Source of the DNA: a virus
Lineage: Duplodnaviria; Heunggongvirae; Uroviricota; Caudoviricetes
Virus record (IMG/VR): IMGVR_UViG_3300021168_000019
Location: 26,672 to 90,671 of that record
Strand: one strand, 5' to 3'
Length of the DNA: 64,000 bases
Shown here: positions 20,365 through 29,497 of the stretch, piece by piece
Layout of the letters: every line of letters begins with the position of its first letter
Numbering within the stretch: the first letter of the stretch is position 1
Made by a program: the position numbers and the translations under genes
Notes under the pieces: generated by a model
Told to the model about the DNA's origin: nothing
Databases searched by the model: none
The model's input: only the letters and a program-made list of their open reading frames with translations

Positions 20365-20866
20365 TATTTTCTCCTAGTTCCATTCGGTCTAGCTCGGCCC
20401 AATGGCTTCTTGCGACTTGTCGCATTCCCATACCCGGATCGAACTTAGGGTATAACGTTCGATATATCTGCTCTGATTTAACGAAATGATAAGGCATATC
20501 GCCGATTGCTCTTAGAAACATAAGGCCCGTTGTCGGCCCCCTACTGTGTCCAGAATTGCAGGCGATTAGTACCTTCTTTCCTTCATCCATTTTCTTTTTA
20601 ATGTAATCTAGTGCTTTGGTGATGCACTCGAATGGAATCATATTAGGGTCTTCCATATCGATGATGTTGATTGCAATATGATCGTCCTTCTCTACTGAAA
20701 GATAGTTCTTACCCTTGGGTGCTGCTAGTGTGGTATAGCCAAGTGTTTGTTGATGACCACCGGGTCCATATTTACACATTCTAGCTGCGGCCCAATCAGG
20801 CTTATCTTTGATCTTTTCATAATCTAAATCGTCACCCACATAAATATTAGTATAAATTTCTTCCAT
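20351..20866 (-). CDS. Cys-X5-Arg (dual-specificity/tyrosine) phosphatase-like protein
   Basis: P-loop VLIACNSGHSRG = CX5R; start placed at internal Met (MEEIYT) because the longer ORF start at 20902 would overlap the tRNA-Arg gene. Confidence 0.5.
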   Translation of the reverse strand: MEEIYTNIYVGDDLDYEKIKDKPDWAAARMCKYGPGGHQQTLGYTTLAAPKGKNYLSVEKDDHIAINIIDMEDPNMIPFECITKALDYIKKKMDEGKKVLIACNSGHSRGPTTGLMFLRAIGDMPYHFVKSEQIYRTLYPKFDPGMGMRQVARSHWAELDRMELGENNESK

Positions 20867-20869
20867 AAA

Positions 20870-20944
20870 TGGTATTCCCTTCAGGATTCGCACCTGAATC
20901 ACCGGTTTCGTAGACCGGAGTCCTATCTGTTGAACGAAAGGAAC
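20870..20944 (-). tRNA. tRNA-Arg(ACG)-like
   Basis: cloverleaf on minus strand: acceptor GTTCCTT/AGGGAAT (two G.U), D GTTC/GGAC, anticodon stem CCGGT/ACCGG loop CTACGAA, T-arm TCAGG-TGCGAAT-CCTGA, CCA encoded; T-loop has G at position 55 (atypical). Confidence 0.55.
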
Positions 20945-20945
20945 A

Positions 20946-21022
20946 TGGCTCCGCAGACAGGATTCGAACCTGTATCGTGGGCATTAACAGTGCCTCGTCT
21001 TGCCAAATTAGACGACCGCGAA
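20946..21022 (-). tRNA. tRNA-Asn(GTT)
   Basis: minus strand: acceptor TTCGCGG/CTGCGGA, D GTCT/AGAC, anticodon loop CTGTTAA, T-arm ACAGG-TTCGAAT-CCTGT, GCCA end. Confidence 0.8.
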
Positions 21023-21029
21023 ATAAAAC

Positions 21030-21254
21030 TTACTTAATACCTTCCATGATGATCTTAGGCTTTGCGGCTTCATTTGCTGCAACCTGCGCCTGAGCGTTAG
21101 CCTGACACATCTGGATAAAATTATTGAGAACAACGTTACTGAAGTCAGTAGCAAAGTCAATTGCCACATCTGGGAGGATCATTGAGATGCCACCTTTGTT
21201 CCATACTTGTGCGAACTTCTGTGCTTCTATTCTCTGTACTTGGAATACACTCAT
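21030..21254 (-). CDS. hypothetical small protein
   Basis: 74 aa. Confidence 0.3.
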   Translation of the reverse strand: MSVFQVQRIEAQKFAQVWNKGGISMILPDVAIDFATDFSNVVLNNFIQMCQANAQAQVAANEAAKPKIIMEGIK

Positions 21255-21559
21255 GACTTTCCCCCTAACCTATCCATCAAGTCCTGTACCTTAGCATCAA
21301 TTGGGTCAGGTTCGCTCGGTTCGCCTACTTGTGTAGACGGCTTGTATCCGAGACGCTTACCATAAAATGCAATCAATGCAAGCTTGCGAAGTTCCTTCTC
21401 TTCTTCGGTTTCTGCACAAAGATACATAAGGTTGTTCACAGCTTCGGTTTGATGATATGGGGTCGAGTTTATGTTTTCGATGATAGACTTCCAATAACTC
21501 TTGAGCATGTTAATGCCCGTGTAGAATTTAGGTGTATCATCACTTTTAGCGAATGGCAT
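21251..21559 (-). CDS. hypothetical protein
   Basis: 102 aa. Confidence 0.3.
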   Translation of the reverse strand: MPFAKSDDTPKFYTGINMLKSYWKSIIENINSTPYHQTEAVNNLMYLCAETEEEKELRKLALIAFYGKRLGYKPSTQVGEPSEPDPIDAKVQDLMDRLGGKS

Positions 21560-21577
21560 AGTCTCTCCTACTAGGCA

Positions 21578-21994
21578 TTACGTATAAATGATTTCGCAAG
21601 GTTTTGCTGAGGTAGGAGTCCAGAATCGTGCGCGTGTTCTGCGCCCGTATACTGATATAATACCACAAAGTATATGTCCTTCTATTAGACAACATGAATA
21701 ATCATCGGGACTCATGACTGCATCCCATTCAGGGTGCGAGTGAATGAATCCTACAATTCTTAGACCGGCTTCGTCAGCTTTTGCTTGAACTTTAGTATAT
21801 TCTTCAGTAGACCATTGAACTGTGTTCTCTGTTTGAAGATAATAATTCTTAGTGTACACGAATGAGTGCACTTCAACTGTTTCAGGAGATGTTACTTCTC
21901 CAATCAGGTATGCGAGTATTTCTAGGGGGCTTTCGCGTGATAGCTTTCGAAAGTGATTAAGCGCCCCTCTTTTCAGTCGGACTTGACTAAACAT
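21578..21994 (-). CDS. JAB/MPN (JAMM) metalloprotease-domain protein
   Basis: 138 aa; exact JAMM motif HSHPEWDAVMSPDD (HxHx7Sx2D) plus upstream E. Confidence 0.6.
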   Translation of the reverse strand: MFSQVRLKRGALNHFRKLSRESPLEILAYLIGEVTSPETVEVHSFVYTKNYYLQTENTVQWSTEEYTKVQAKADEAGLRIVGFIHSHPEWDAVMSPDDYSCCLIEGHILCGIISVYGRRTRARFWTPTSAKPCEIIYT

Positions 21995-22362
21995 TGGTCA
22001 CCATCTAAATAGACAATGGCCTTCTTTAGAATTGATATATTATCGTAAGATAGGCCCAAAAGTTTGTTACAACTACTGCAAATTATACCACGTATACATT
22101 TGCCACAGCTTCTCTTACCGGGACAGCAACCATGATTATGATCTACACAAGCAGCGTGTCGTCCTTTCCCAAAAGTCATAGACTTTTCACAAATTTTACA
22201 CTTACCTTCTTGATCTACTACTTTTTCAAGAAACTCCTCAAATGTTATACCATATCTATATTTAATCTGATATTCATATCTTTGAGTCTTATATCTTTTC
22301 TGATATTCCTTGAACTGAGCTTTATGACTTTGATAGTATGCTTGTCTCTCTTCTTTAGTCAT
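21973..22362 (-). CDS. HNH endonuclease
   Basis: 129 aa; ACVDHNHGCCPGKRSCGKCIRGIICSSCN. Confidence 0.65.
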   Translation of the reverse strand: MTKEERQAYYQSHKAQFKEYQKRYKTQRYEYQIKYRYGITFEEFLEKVVDQEGKCKICEKSMTFGKGRHAACVDHNHGCCPGKRSCGKCIRGIICSSCNKLLGLSYDNISILKKAIVYLDGDQCLVKSD

Positions 22363-22467
22363 TCTCGGCCCTTGGCAGGGACTCGTTCTAAGAAGTCCCT
22401 GCCCTAAAATGGGGTCTTTGCCCCATAGCCACGCTGTCAGGAATCTAACGATTCGGTGGCCTAAACT

Positions 22468-23013
22468 CTAACCAATAAACCAACCCGTTCCATCACAGTA
22501 AACTGGAACTTTATGAGTGCTGCTACCTACGTATGCACTGGCGAATGTCGCAACAGTTGCATCGCTTACGAAAGCACGAGCGCCTTCAAGTCCGGTGGGG
22601 GAGGGAAGAGGCGTACCCGCTACGCTATAAATAACGCTAGGCAACGTATATGGAGTTTCAACAGGACCGCTAAAAGGATTAGTTCCTGTACCTAAAGATG
22701 TAATATTTCCTGTAAAAGAACTAGATGAAGCAGACGTTACATTCAGGGGGTTACTCACTGTAACCTTACCAGCAGATGTAACACCGTCATCAATAGATGA
22801 ATTACCAATTACGGCACCTGCTGTAAACTTTGGAACGAAGCCCGTAGTACCTGATCCAGAAATATCACCAGCACCAATGATCGGTTGCCAGCCACTTCCG
22901 GCTGAGTAGTACAATTCGGCATTTGTAACGTCGATGCCAAATGTAGGTGATTGTGCCGTACCGGGTGCGTTCACACCACTTGGCGGTCCTTGAAATACAC
23001 TATCAAATGCCAT
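22468..23013 (-). CDS. T/S/G-rich structural-like protein
   Basis: 181 aa; composition like fibre proteins. Confidence 0.35.
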   Translation of the reverse strand: MAFDSVFQGPPSGVNAPGTAQSPTFGIDVTNAELYYSAGSGWQPIIGAGDISGSGTTGFVPKFTAGAVIGNSSIDDGVTSAGKVTVSNPLNVTSASSSSFTGNITSLGTGTNPFSGPVETPYTLPSVIYSVAGTPLPSPTGLEGARAFVSDATVATFASAYVGSSTHKVPVYCDGTGWFIG

Positions 23014-23021
23014 TATTGCTC

Positions 23022-23288
23022 CTAAACTGCTGCGTATGAAAGAACATCACTAGCTGTACCAATATAATAAAATTGATTAGTATTGCCTACTCCGATAACA
23101 AAAGTAACGGATGTGCCTTTTTCTAGTGCATATCCATTGGCGGAACTAACTGTACTAGACGTTCCAATGTAAACAATACCGGTATTCGTAGACTTGGCAG
23201 TAAACGTAACCTGTTGTTGCGTTGGAATATTAGGCATCTGTGTCGATGTTGCTGCAACTGTTTCTTGTCCTAAATTTGCCTGTGCCAT
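23022..23288 (-). CDS. hypothetical small structural-like protein
   Basis: 88 aa. Confidence 0.3.
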   Translation of the reverse strand: MAQANLGQETVAATSTQMPNIPTQQQVTFTAKSTNTGIVYIGTSSTVSSANGYALEKGTSVTFVIGVGNTNQFYYIGTASDVLSYAAV

Positions 23289-23298
23289 TGTGTCTCCA

Positions 23299-23332
23299 AA
23301 TAATAAGGGCTAGACCCTTGCAGCCTAGCCCC
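23299..23332 (-). terminator. candidate rho-independent terminator (minus strand)
   Basis: GGGCTAG-11nt-CTAGCCC hairpin 23308-23332 with AATAATAA on plus 23300-23307 (U-rich on minus RNA). Confidence 0.4.
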
Positions 23333-23599
23333 GGTTCCTCTCGGTGTATGTATAATATAAGGAGACAGGACGCTAGACCGTGGCCTAACGTGGAGGAGCC
23401 TGTCCCCTGTGCTTTATCTTATCTATACCTCTAGTATACACCCATTTTCCTATAAGTCAAGCTTATTTCCCAGATGTTGTTGATTTTAAAGAAGAAAGAT
23501 TTTTCTTTCTCAGCATGTCTGTTTCCTTCTTTCGTTCCTGTCTGATTTTCATTTCTTCTTGACGCTCGATAATCCTCTCTTTGTCTGAATAAATAGCCA

Positions 23600-23989
23600 T
23601 TACTCCTCGAATTGTTTTTGAAAATACCAAGTACGTGTTATTTCATTTTCCTTCAAATACTTAATTGCTGATTTCAATCTGTATATGTTGTCTTTAAAAT
23701 GTCCTAATCCCATGTTACAATTGCCGCAAAGTATACCCCGTACATGCTCAAGTTGATGACAATGATCTATGGACGGTAGTCTTCCTTCAGAACTGTCAGT
23801 TGACAATATATCATTACAAATGGCGCATCGTCCATCCTGTTCTTTAATAATTTTATCATACTCCTTGACAGTTAATCCATATTTATTTACATATGGACGC
23901 AATTTAGTACAACGATCACATATACATTTACGTCCACTTGAAGCTGGTAGTTCAGTGTCACAATATGGGCAAATATTCTCATAATTCAT
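23600..23989 (-). CDS. HNH endonuclease
   Basis: 129 aa; DGRCAICN...SIDHCHQLEHVRGILCGNCN. Confidence 0.65.
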   Translation of the reverse strand: MNYENICPYCDTELPASSGRKCICDRCTKLRPYVNKYGLTVKEYDKIIKEQDGRCAICNDILSTDSSEGRLPSIDHCHQLEHVRGILCGNCNMGLGHFKDNIYRLKSAIKYLKENEITRTWYFQKQFEE

Positions 23990-24427
23990 ATACTACTCCG
24001 TCTGAAAGGTACACGAAGGGCTTCCCTCGTCCAAAGGTCGGGTAACCATCAAGGGCTATGTAAACACCCTCTACAGGCTAACTTTAACCGTTTTGGCAGG
24101 CTATTGGCACTTATAGGCCATGCAATAGAGCTAAATCCCCGTCTTTCAACAAGATACACTGAGATACCTGTTGATTTTAAATGATTTAGACAGCTTGTGA
24201 AGGTTTTTCATTTAGTCTTGGAACTATCGACAGGACGTAGGCCGCGCTCATGCGCTGTTATGGTTACCCTTCGCCAATGTAGCATCTATTAGCTACCCGT
24301 TGCCTGAAAACTGGTTGTTTATTCCCAGAACCTATCTTACTGTTTCTATTACCTTTCTATGATTCCGTCCATAGAAGACGCAGCGGCCCGTTAATTAAGG
24401 AATACGCAGTGCCGCGAAGCTACCGTT

Positions 24428-24850
24428 TTATCTATACTCTGTACTAAGTTTATCAGCTTCTTTATTCATTTCTCTGGGTACCCAATCAAAAGAAACATTA
24501 ACATAGCGACTTCTGATGCTAGTTAGCGCATTCTTGGCCTTCTCATAAGCAGGATAGTATAAACTACTACTCTTGCCTTTGAATTTACCAGACATAATGT
24601 TTATCACGAGTTGGGAATCTCCTCTTACAAAGAGCCGATCACCTTTATTTAAAACTAGGTCTGCCCACGCTAATCCTTTATACACGGCGTAGAATTCTGC
24701 ATAGTTGTTACTAAGCAATTCTGCTACCAATGGGCCGGATTCGCTGTAAACCAGTGTTCCTTCTCTTTTAATTACAACACCATAGCCCCCAAACGGTCCG
24801 GGGTTGGTCGGTCCGCAGCTTCCGTCAAAGTACAATGAATAATCAGACAC
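24428..24850 (-). CDS. ribonuclease H (type 1)
   Basis: 140 aa; YFDGSCGPTNPG, NNYAEFYAV, GDSQLVIN, WVPREMNKEADKL = DEDD RNase HI motifs. Confidence 0.75.
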   Translation of the reverse strand: MSDYSLYFDGSCGPTNPGPFGGYGVVIKREGTLVYSESGPLVAELLSNNYAEFYAVYKGLAWADLVLNKGDRLFVRGDSQLVINIMSGKFKGKSSSLYYPAYEKAKNALTSIRSRYVNVSFDWVPREMNKEADKLSTEYR

Positions 24851-24876
24851 AGAGACTCCTTAGTTCAAACTCTATT

Positions 24877-24905
24877 ACCAGAGTACCACAAGTCTACAGC
24901 GATGT
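24877..24905 (-). promoter_or_regulatory. sigma70-like promoter (minus strand) for RNase H and downstream operon
   Basis: minus strand TTGACA (plus 24900-24905) -17 nt- TGG-TACTCT (plus 24877-24885). Confidence 0.5.
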
Positions 24906-24936
24906 CAAGCTTTTTTAGAAAATAAATTCAATTATG

Positions 24937-24968
24937 TTGTTGACAAGCGGAGAAATGTGTGCTATAAT
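24937..24968 (+). promoter_or_regulatory. sigma70-like promoter with extended -10
   Basis: TTGACA 24937-24942, TGcTATAAT 24960-24968 (spacer ~20 nt to TTGACA, so extended -10 probably dominant); precedes HNH/polymerase operon. Confidence 0.5.
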
Positions 24969-24975
24969 AGGTATT

Positions 24976-25518
24976 ATGAATCAGAAACTTTGTATCAATT
25001 GTAATAAGATGAAGGATTTGGAAGACTTTGGAATTCGCCGGGCCGAGAAAGATGGACTTCATTACTATTGTAAGAAGTGCCATAAAGAGAAATCGGCTCA
25101 ATACCGTAAAGATAACCCAGATTCTACTAGACAATGTGTATCTAATTATCGCAAGCAGAATCCAGAAAAAGTAAAAGACTCACAACTTCGTACAAAATAC
25201 GGCATATCTCTTGACAAAAGAAACGAAATGATAGATAATCAAGGAGGTAAATGCCTCTTATGTGACGTTGAGTTCTCTGAAAAATGGGATGAGCGTCCGG
25301 GAGTAGACCACGACCATACTTGCTGTCCGGGATCGAGTACATGTGGTAAATGTATTAGAGGAATTCTTTGCCTTAGATGCAACGCTTGGTTAGGGAGATT
25401 TGAAGATAAGCCTGAGATGTTTATCAAGGCTTTGGACTATTTGAGGAATAATGATCATAGACGAAAGGGAATTGAAGCCGTTTGTAGCCAATCCGCCGAT
25501 GAATGTGTTGCGGATTAG
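24976..25518 (+). CDS. HNH homing endonuclease
   Basis: start MNQKL after AGG RBS; CKKCHKEK zinc module; VDHDHTCCPGSSTCGKCIRGILCLRCN. Confidence 0.65.
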   Translation: MNQKLCINCNKMKDLEDFGIRRAEKDGLHYYCKKCHKEKSAQYRKDNPDSTRQCVSNYRKQNPEKVKDSQLRTKYGISLDKRNEMIDNQGGKCLLCDVEFSEKWDERPGVDHDHTCCPGSSTCGKCIRGILCLRCNAWLGRFEDKPEMFIKALDYLRNNDHRRKGIEAVCSQSADECVAD

Positions 25519-28225
25519 TCAAGAATCTGAAGATAAATTACTATCTTTCTTAGATAACACATTTGATTTCGGATTTGACGTTGAAACTACCCCTGTTTCT
25601 GATTTTTATTGGAGACGACTTCGTACAATACAGTTTGGAAACTCAAAAGAACAGTATGTAATTGATCTTCTAGACTACTGTGACAGAGATAGCGAGTTAC
25701 TACATAATTGTCAAGGTGAGTACGGTAAACATCTCTGGAAAGCTCCAAAATTACAAGCACTTTTAGAAAAACTTAAAAAGTATTTGATTTCATCAGATTG
25801 GACCAAAACCGGCGTAAACGTTGGATTTGAGTACGAGTGTCTGTATTGGTTACTAGGGATACGTTCATCTGGTTACTACGATTGCATGTTAGCAGAAAAA
25901 TGCATATACGCAGGCATGGGAGGAAGTGCTTCATTAAAGAATTATGAATACTTTAGTATGTCCTCTATGTTCGAACGCTATTTTGGAATAACCATTGACA
26001 AAGCACTACAGACATCATTTAATTTAGATGACGATCTTTCTGATGCTCAATTCGAATACGCCGCACTTGATACGCGTACTCCATTGGCTATAAAGGCTGT
26101 TCAAAATCTTATAGCAAGTGGAGAGACTATTGAATCTCTAAAAGCCAAGGGAAAGCCGAAGCTGGCAGATTATCTATACTATTTGGACCGGATTATTCTA
26201 GGCGATAATCTTCATGAAGTCATTCAGATTGAAAACGAAGCACTCGGCGCTTTTATTGACATGCATGTGCACGGCGAACGTCTAGACCGTGAAAAGTGGC
26301 TTGCGCGTGTACAGAAGGCCAAGGATAAACTAGTAGCTGTTATTAAAGAGTTGGACAAGATTTTCCTCCCGTGGGTAGGTTCAAAGTTAGATGCCGTAGA
26401 CGATGACACGATTGCCGCACTTGAGATACAGTGGAAGTCGTTGCGTGATAATCCTACTGAGGCCGAGATTGAGCTAAAGCTTGCTATTTCACAGGCTAAC
26501 AGAGAGATTAAAAAGCTAATTAAACAGAACCTCGACATTGGAGAACTGCAACTTGCGCGTGCTGAAGCCGAAATTAAACTCAATCAGCTACAAGATGTAA
26601 GACTAGAGCAGAAAGAAATCATCAAGAAGAAGCATGGCGACCTGAGTAAAAAACGCACAAAGATTAGAAATCTTGCTGCCGACTGTGAAGGTGAAGCTCT
26701 TATTAACTATGGGTCAGATGCACAATTGATGCACTGTCTCAGAGAGAACATTAAGAAGCTTGAAAAGCTAGAAGGCATGGATGACGAGATTCTTGAGAAG
26801 TATGAATCTATTCCTGTCATGAAGCTTATCCGCGAGTACCACGGGTTATCGAAAGATGTGGGAACTTACGGCGATCAATGGGCGACTCAATGGACAACTC
26901 ACCCCTGTAAAGAGGAAGGATGGCTTCACCCCGGCGACGGTAGACTCCACTGCGAGTTCAACCAATATGATGCCGGTACTGGGCGAAGCAGTAGCTCTAA
27001 GCCAAATGCACAAAACCTTCCCCAAGATAAGGAAGTGCGTGGATCGTTCATTGCGGACCCGCCGAACGAGGACATTCGGATTAGTGATTGTTGCGAGGCT
27101 GATACGTATGAAGACGAATGGAACGGTGTAACTTACAATCTTATTTGCTCCAAATGTGAAAAACAATGTACTACACACGCTGAAGAATACGTACTCGTTA
27201 CGGCTGATATGTCCGGTGCCGAGTTGCGTATCATTGCCGATGACGCGAACGATGAGGTATGGATCGGTGCTTTCCGCAGAGGCGAAGACGTTCACTCAGT
27301 AGGAACAGAACTTTTGTACGATGAGAAGTGGCACAAGGCTCAGTATAAAGGACAGGAGTTAAAGAACAAGAAGGGAGAATTAGTACCATATTGGTGCGAG
27401 TATTATAAGCTTCATACTGAGGAAACCGTCAAGAAGAATCCATTGTGCACGGTTGGTGAACCAATGCGCCGAAAGTGCGAGTGTCCTGAGCATAAGCAGA
27501 TGCGTGATAATAACAAGGCCACTAACTTCCTATTGGCGTATGGTGGAGGGCCGGGTGCTCTTGCCGCCGCTATCAAACAGGCTCAGAAGATTGCTAAAGA
27601 ATTAATGGCGCTTCATGAGCATAAGAATCCTCGAATCTGGGCTTATCTGGAGAAATCTGGAAAAGATGCAGCGAGGGACTTCAGGGCATTTGATTTATTC
27701 GGCAGACGTAGATTGTTACCTGAGCCGACAAACGCCCGTGCAAGAGATAACTGCAAGGAGTGGAACGAAAAGCAGCTTAGACTTACTCCTGAAGATGCTG
27801 AGAAGAATGTTGCCATCTTTACGCAAGTGAAGGGCCGCAAGCCTACTCAAAGTGAGATGTTCGATTTAACTCACAGACAGCCTACTCAGGATGAGGTTAG
27901 CCGTAGTTACTTCCAAATGACAAGTCGTGTTTCTCGTCAAGGAAAGAATACGCGCATTCAGGCAACTAATGCAAGTATTGCTAAGAAAGCGATGGGATGC
28001 GGGTATTGTCCCAATGGAAAGCTGTTCTTGTGGCACACACTTCCACTCTACCGCGCGAAGCTAATTAAGTTCGTGCATGACGAATTGGTCGTACAATGTC
28101 CTAAGCAGCATGGTGAGAAGGTAGCCGCTCTCATTGGTGATGCTTTTAAGAGAGCAGCGGCTATTAAGATGAAACGTGTCGTGATGGAATTCGATTATTC
28201 AATCGCAAGTTATTGGAAGAAATAA
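25451..28225 (+). CDS. family A DNA polymerase with 3'-5' exonuclease domain
   Basis: 924 aa; ExoI FDVETT, ExoIII YAALDT, motif A DMSGAELR, motif B RDNNKATNFLLAYGG, motif C VHDELVVQ. Confidence 0.85.
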   Translation: MIIDERELKPFVANPPMNVLRISQESEDKLLSFLDNTFDFGFDVETTPVSDFYWRRLRTIQFGNSKEQYVIDLLDYCDRDSELLHNCQGEYGKHLWKAPKLQALLEKLKKYLISSDWTKTGVNVGFEYECLYWLLGIRSSGYYDCMLAEKCIYAGMGGSASLKNYEYFSMSSMFERYFGITIDKALQTSFNLDDDLSDAQFEYAALDTRTPLAIKAVQNLIASGETIESLKAKGKPKLADYLYYLDRIILGDNLHEVIQIENEALGAFIDMHVHGERLDREKWLARVQKAKDKLVAVIKELDKIFLPWVGSKLDAVDDDTIAALEIQWKSLRDNPTEAEIELKLAISQANREIKKLIKQNLDIGELQLARAEAEIKLNQLQDVRLEQKEIIKKKHGDLSKKRTKIRNLAADCEGEALINYGSDAQLMHCLRENIKKLEKLEGMDDEILEKYESIPVMKLIREYHGLSKDVGTYGDQWATQWTTHPCKEEGWLHPGDGRLHCEFNQYDAGTGRSSSSKPNAQNLPQDKEVRGSFIADPPNEDIRISDCCEADTYEDEWNGVTYNLICSKCEKQCTTHAEEYVLVTADMSGAELRIIADDANDEVWIGAFRRGEDVHSVGTELLYDEKWHKAQYKGQELKNKKGELVPYWCEYYKLHTEETVKKNPLCTVGEPMRRKCECPEHKQMRDNNKATNFLLAYGGGPGALAAAIKQAQKIAKELMALHEHKNPRIWAYLEKSGKDAARDFRAFDLFGRRRLLPEPTNARARDNCKEWNEKQLRLTPEDAEKNVAIFTQVKGRKPTQSEMFDLTHRQPTQDEVSRSYFQMTSRVSRQGKNTRIQATNASIAKKAMGCGYCPNGKLFLWHTLPLYRAKLIKFVHDELVVQCPKQHGEKVAALIGDAFKRAAAIKMKRVVMEFDYSIASYWKK

Positions 28226-28596
28226 TGAGAGAGACTAAAACATTCGTACCATTCCCGCCGTACAACTATCGAATCTACGTTATCTTTACTGACGATTTGA
28301 TAGCTACGGCGGATAAACTGGCAAAGCAGGGCCACTTGACAAAAACCCACGGAGTAGACGATACTACAGATGGCTTCCACGTTCGGATGCCGAATCAGTC
28401 GTTCAGCTACATCGTCCTGAAATTTGATGCAAACATTAACCAGATTACGCACGAGTCGTACCACTCGGTTACCAATATGTTCAGGTGGATCAGCGCGAAG
28501 CACGAAGAGGAACTATTTGCGTACCATCTGGGATATCTGGTCGAAATGGTCGTAGCGGACCAAGAAAAAGCGAACTTGACAAAGAAGAAAAAGTAG
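28213..28596 (+). CDS. HExxH motif protein (possible small metallopeptidase)
   Basis: 127 aa; ITHESYH. Confidence 0.3.
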   Translation: MEEIMRETKTFVPFPPYNYRIYVIFTDDLIATADKLAKQGHLTKTHGVDDTTDGFHVRMPNQSFSYIVLKFDANINQITHESYHSVTNMFRWISAKHEEELFAYHLGYLVEMVVADQEKANLTKKKK

Positions 28597-28615
28597 GATA
28601 CAATGGGGATATTAG

Positions 28616-29092
28616 ATGAAACTAGATGAGATAGAAATGGTTGATCTAGGTAGGTGGCATTCCGCCCATCTAGCATTTACAGATGAAGGACCGTGGAAGA
28701 TAGGGGCCAAGACTAGGCAGTTTAATGTCTATTCAAGGAGCAATCGCTCGTTGCTTGGATACATTAAATGGTGGAACGGCTGGAGAAAGTACGTTTTCAT
28801 GCCCCTAAATTCCGTTTTTGATGACAAGTGCATGATCCAGATAGCTACATTTCTCAAACAAGCTACGGATATACACATGGCCCGTTTGCCAAACAAACAG
28901 CGGGTTAAAGATATGCAGAAAGCTAGGCGAGAACGTAGAATCCAACAGTTGGCCTTGACAAAGCAACAAAAGAGTGGTAATATAGATTCTGTTGGTTCTT
29001 GTGTACCAGAGTTTCACAAAACACAAGTGGTGGAGGGCAGTCAGGAAACTCTGACGCCCCTAGAAATCGAACTTGGGACCATAAAGGTCTAG
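28616..29092 (+). CDS. hypothetical protein
   Basis: 158 aa. Confidence 0.35.
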   Translation: MKLDEIEMVDLGRWHSAHLAFTDEGPWKIGAKTRQFNVYSRSNRSLLGYIKWWNGWRKYVFMPLNSVFDDKCMIQIATFLKQATDIHMARLPNKQRVKDMQKARRERRIQQLALTKQQKSGNIDSVGSCVPEFHKTQVVEGSQETLTPLEIELGTIKV

Positions 29093-29103
29093 AGAGGAGA
29101 AAT

Positions 29104-29340
29104 ATGGCAGGATTTTTTAGTAACCTATTGGGCGCGGCTAAGGCCGATGGTTCCGCGTTCGTAAAGCTAGCAGAAGCCGATTCTTCAGAGCTAGAAGCGA
29201 AGGGCCGGATCGTTGCGCTTGATGCGGCACATTCAGTAAAGACTGAAGTGGTAGACTTTCTCGAAAAGGAAGTTGACCGCGTTCACGCAACTGCTGATGC
29301 ACTTAACGCACGTTTTAAGTCAGTTCTGGGAAAGCTTTAA
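29104..29340 (+). CDS. hypothetical small protein
   Basis: start at internal Met after GAGGAG RBS (29092-29097). Confidence 0.35.
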   Translation: MAGFFSNLLGAAKADGSAFVKLAEADSSELEAKGRIVALDAAHSVKTEVVDFLEKEVDRVHATADALNARFKSVLGKL

Positions 29341-29406
29341 CAAGTACGCACGTATGAAGCGCAGCCGCGCTATCGGACGCGGGTTCGATTCCCGCCATCT
29401 CCACCA
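29341..29406 (+). ncRNA. ssrA: tmRNA (ssrA) acceptor piece of a circularly permuted two-piece tmRNA
   Basis: GGACGCGGGTTCGATTCCCGCCATCTCCACCA 29375-29406 matches canonical tmRNA 3' end (T-arm plus acceptor 3' strand plus CCA); partner 5' strand GGGGATG lies 92 nt downstream. Confidence 0.8.
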
Positions 29407-29497
29407 ATTTTTGTATCAAGCGGTTAGCCGTATGTAAGAACTAAATACGGACTAATGAAGGTAGAGTTGGTTCTTCTGTAGACTCTGCTCTAAAAAT

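Noticed and set aside
20867-20902. Longer start (20902) for the phosphatase-like ORF
   Set aside because: It would run antisense through the tRNA-Arg gene. The internal Met at 20866 was used instead.
29370-29406. First read as a truncated tRNA 3' half (possible attP remnant)
   Set aside because: The sequence matches the tmRNA 3' end nearly exactly (GGACGCGGGTTCGATTCCCGCC...CCACCA). The complementary GGGG 5' end lies downstream. It is reinterpreted as the acceptor piece of a permuted tmRNA.
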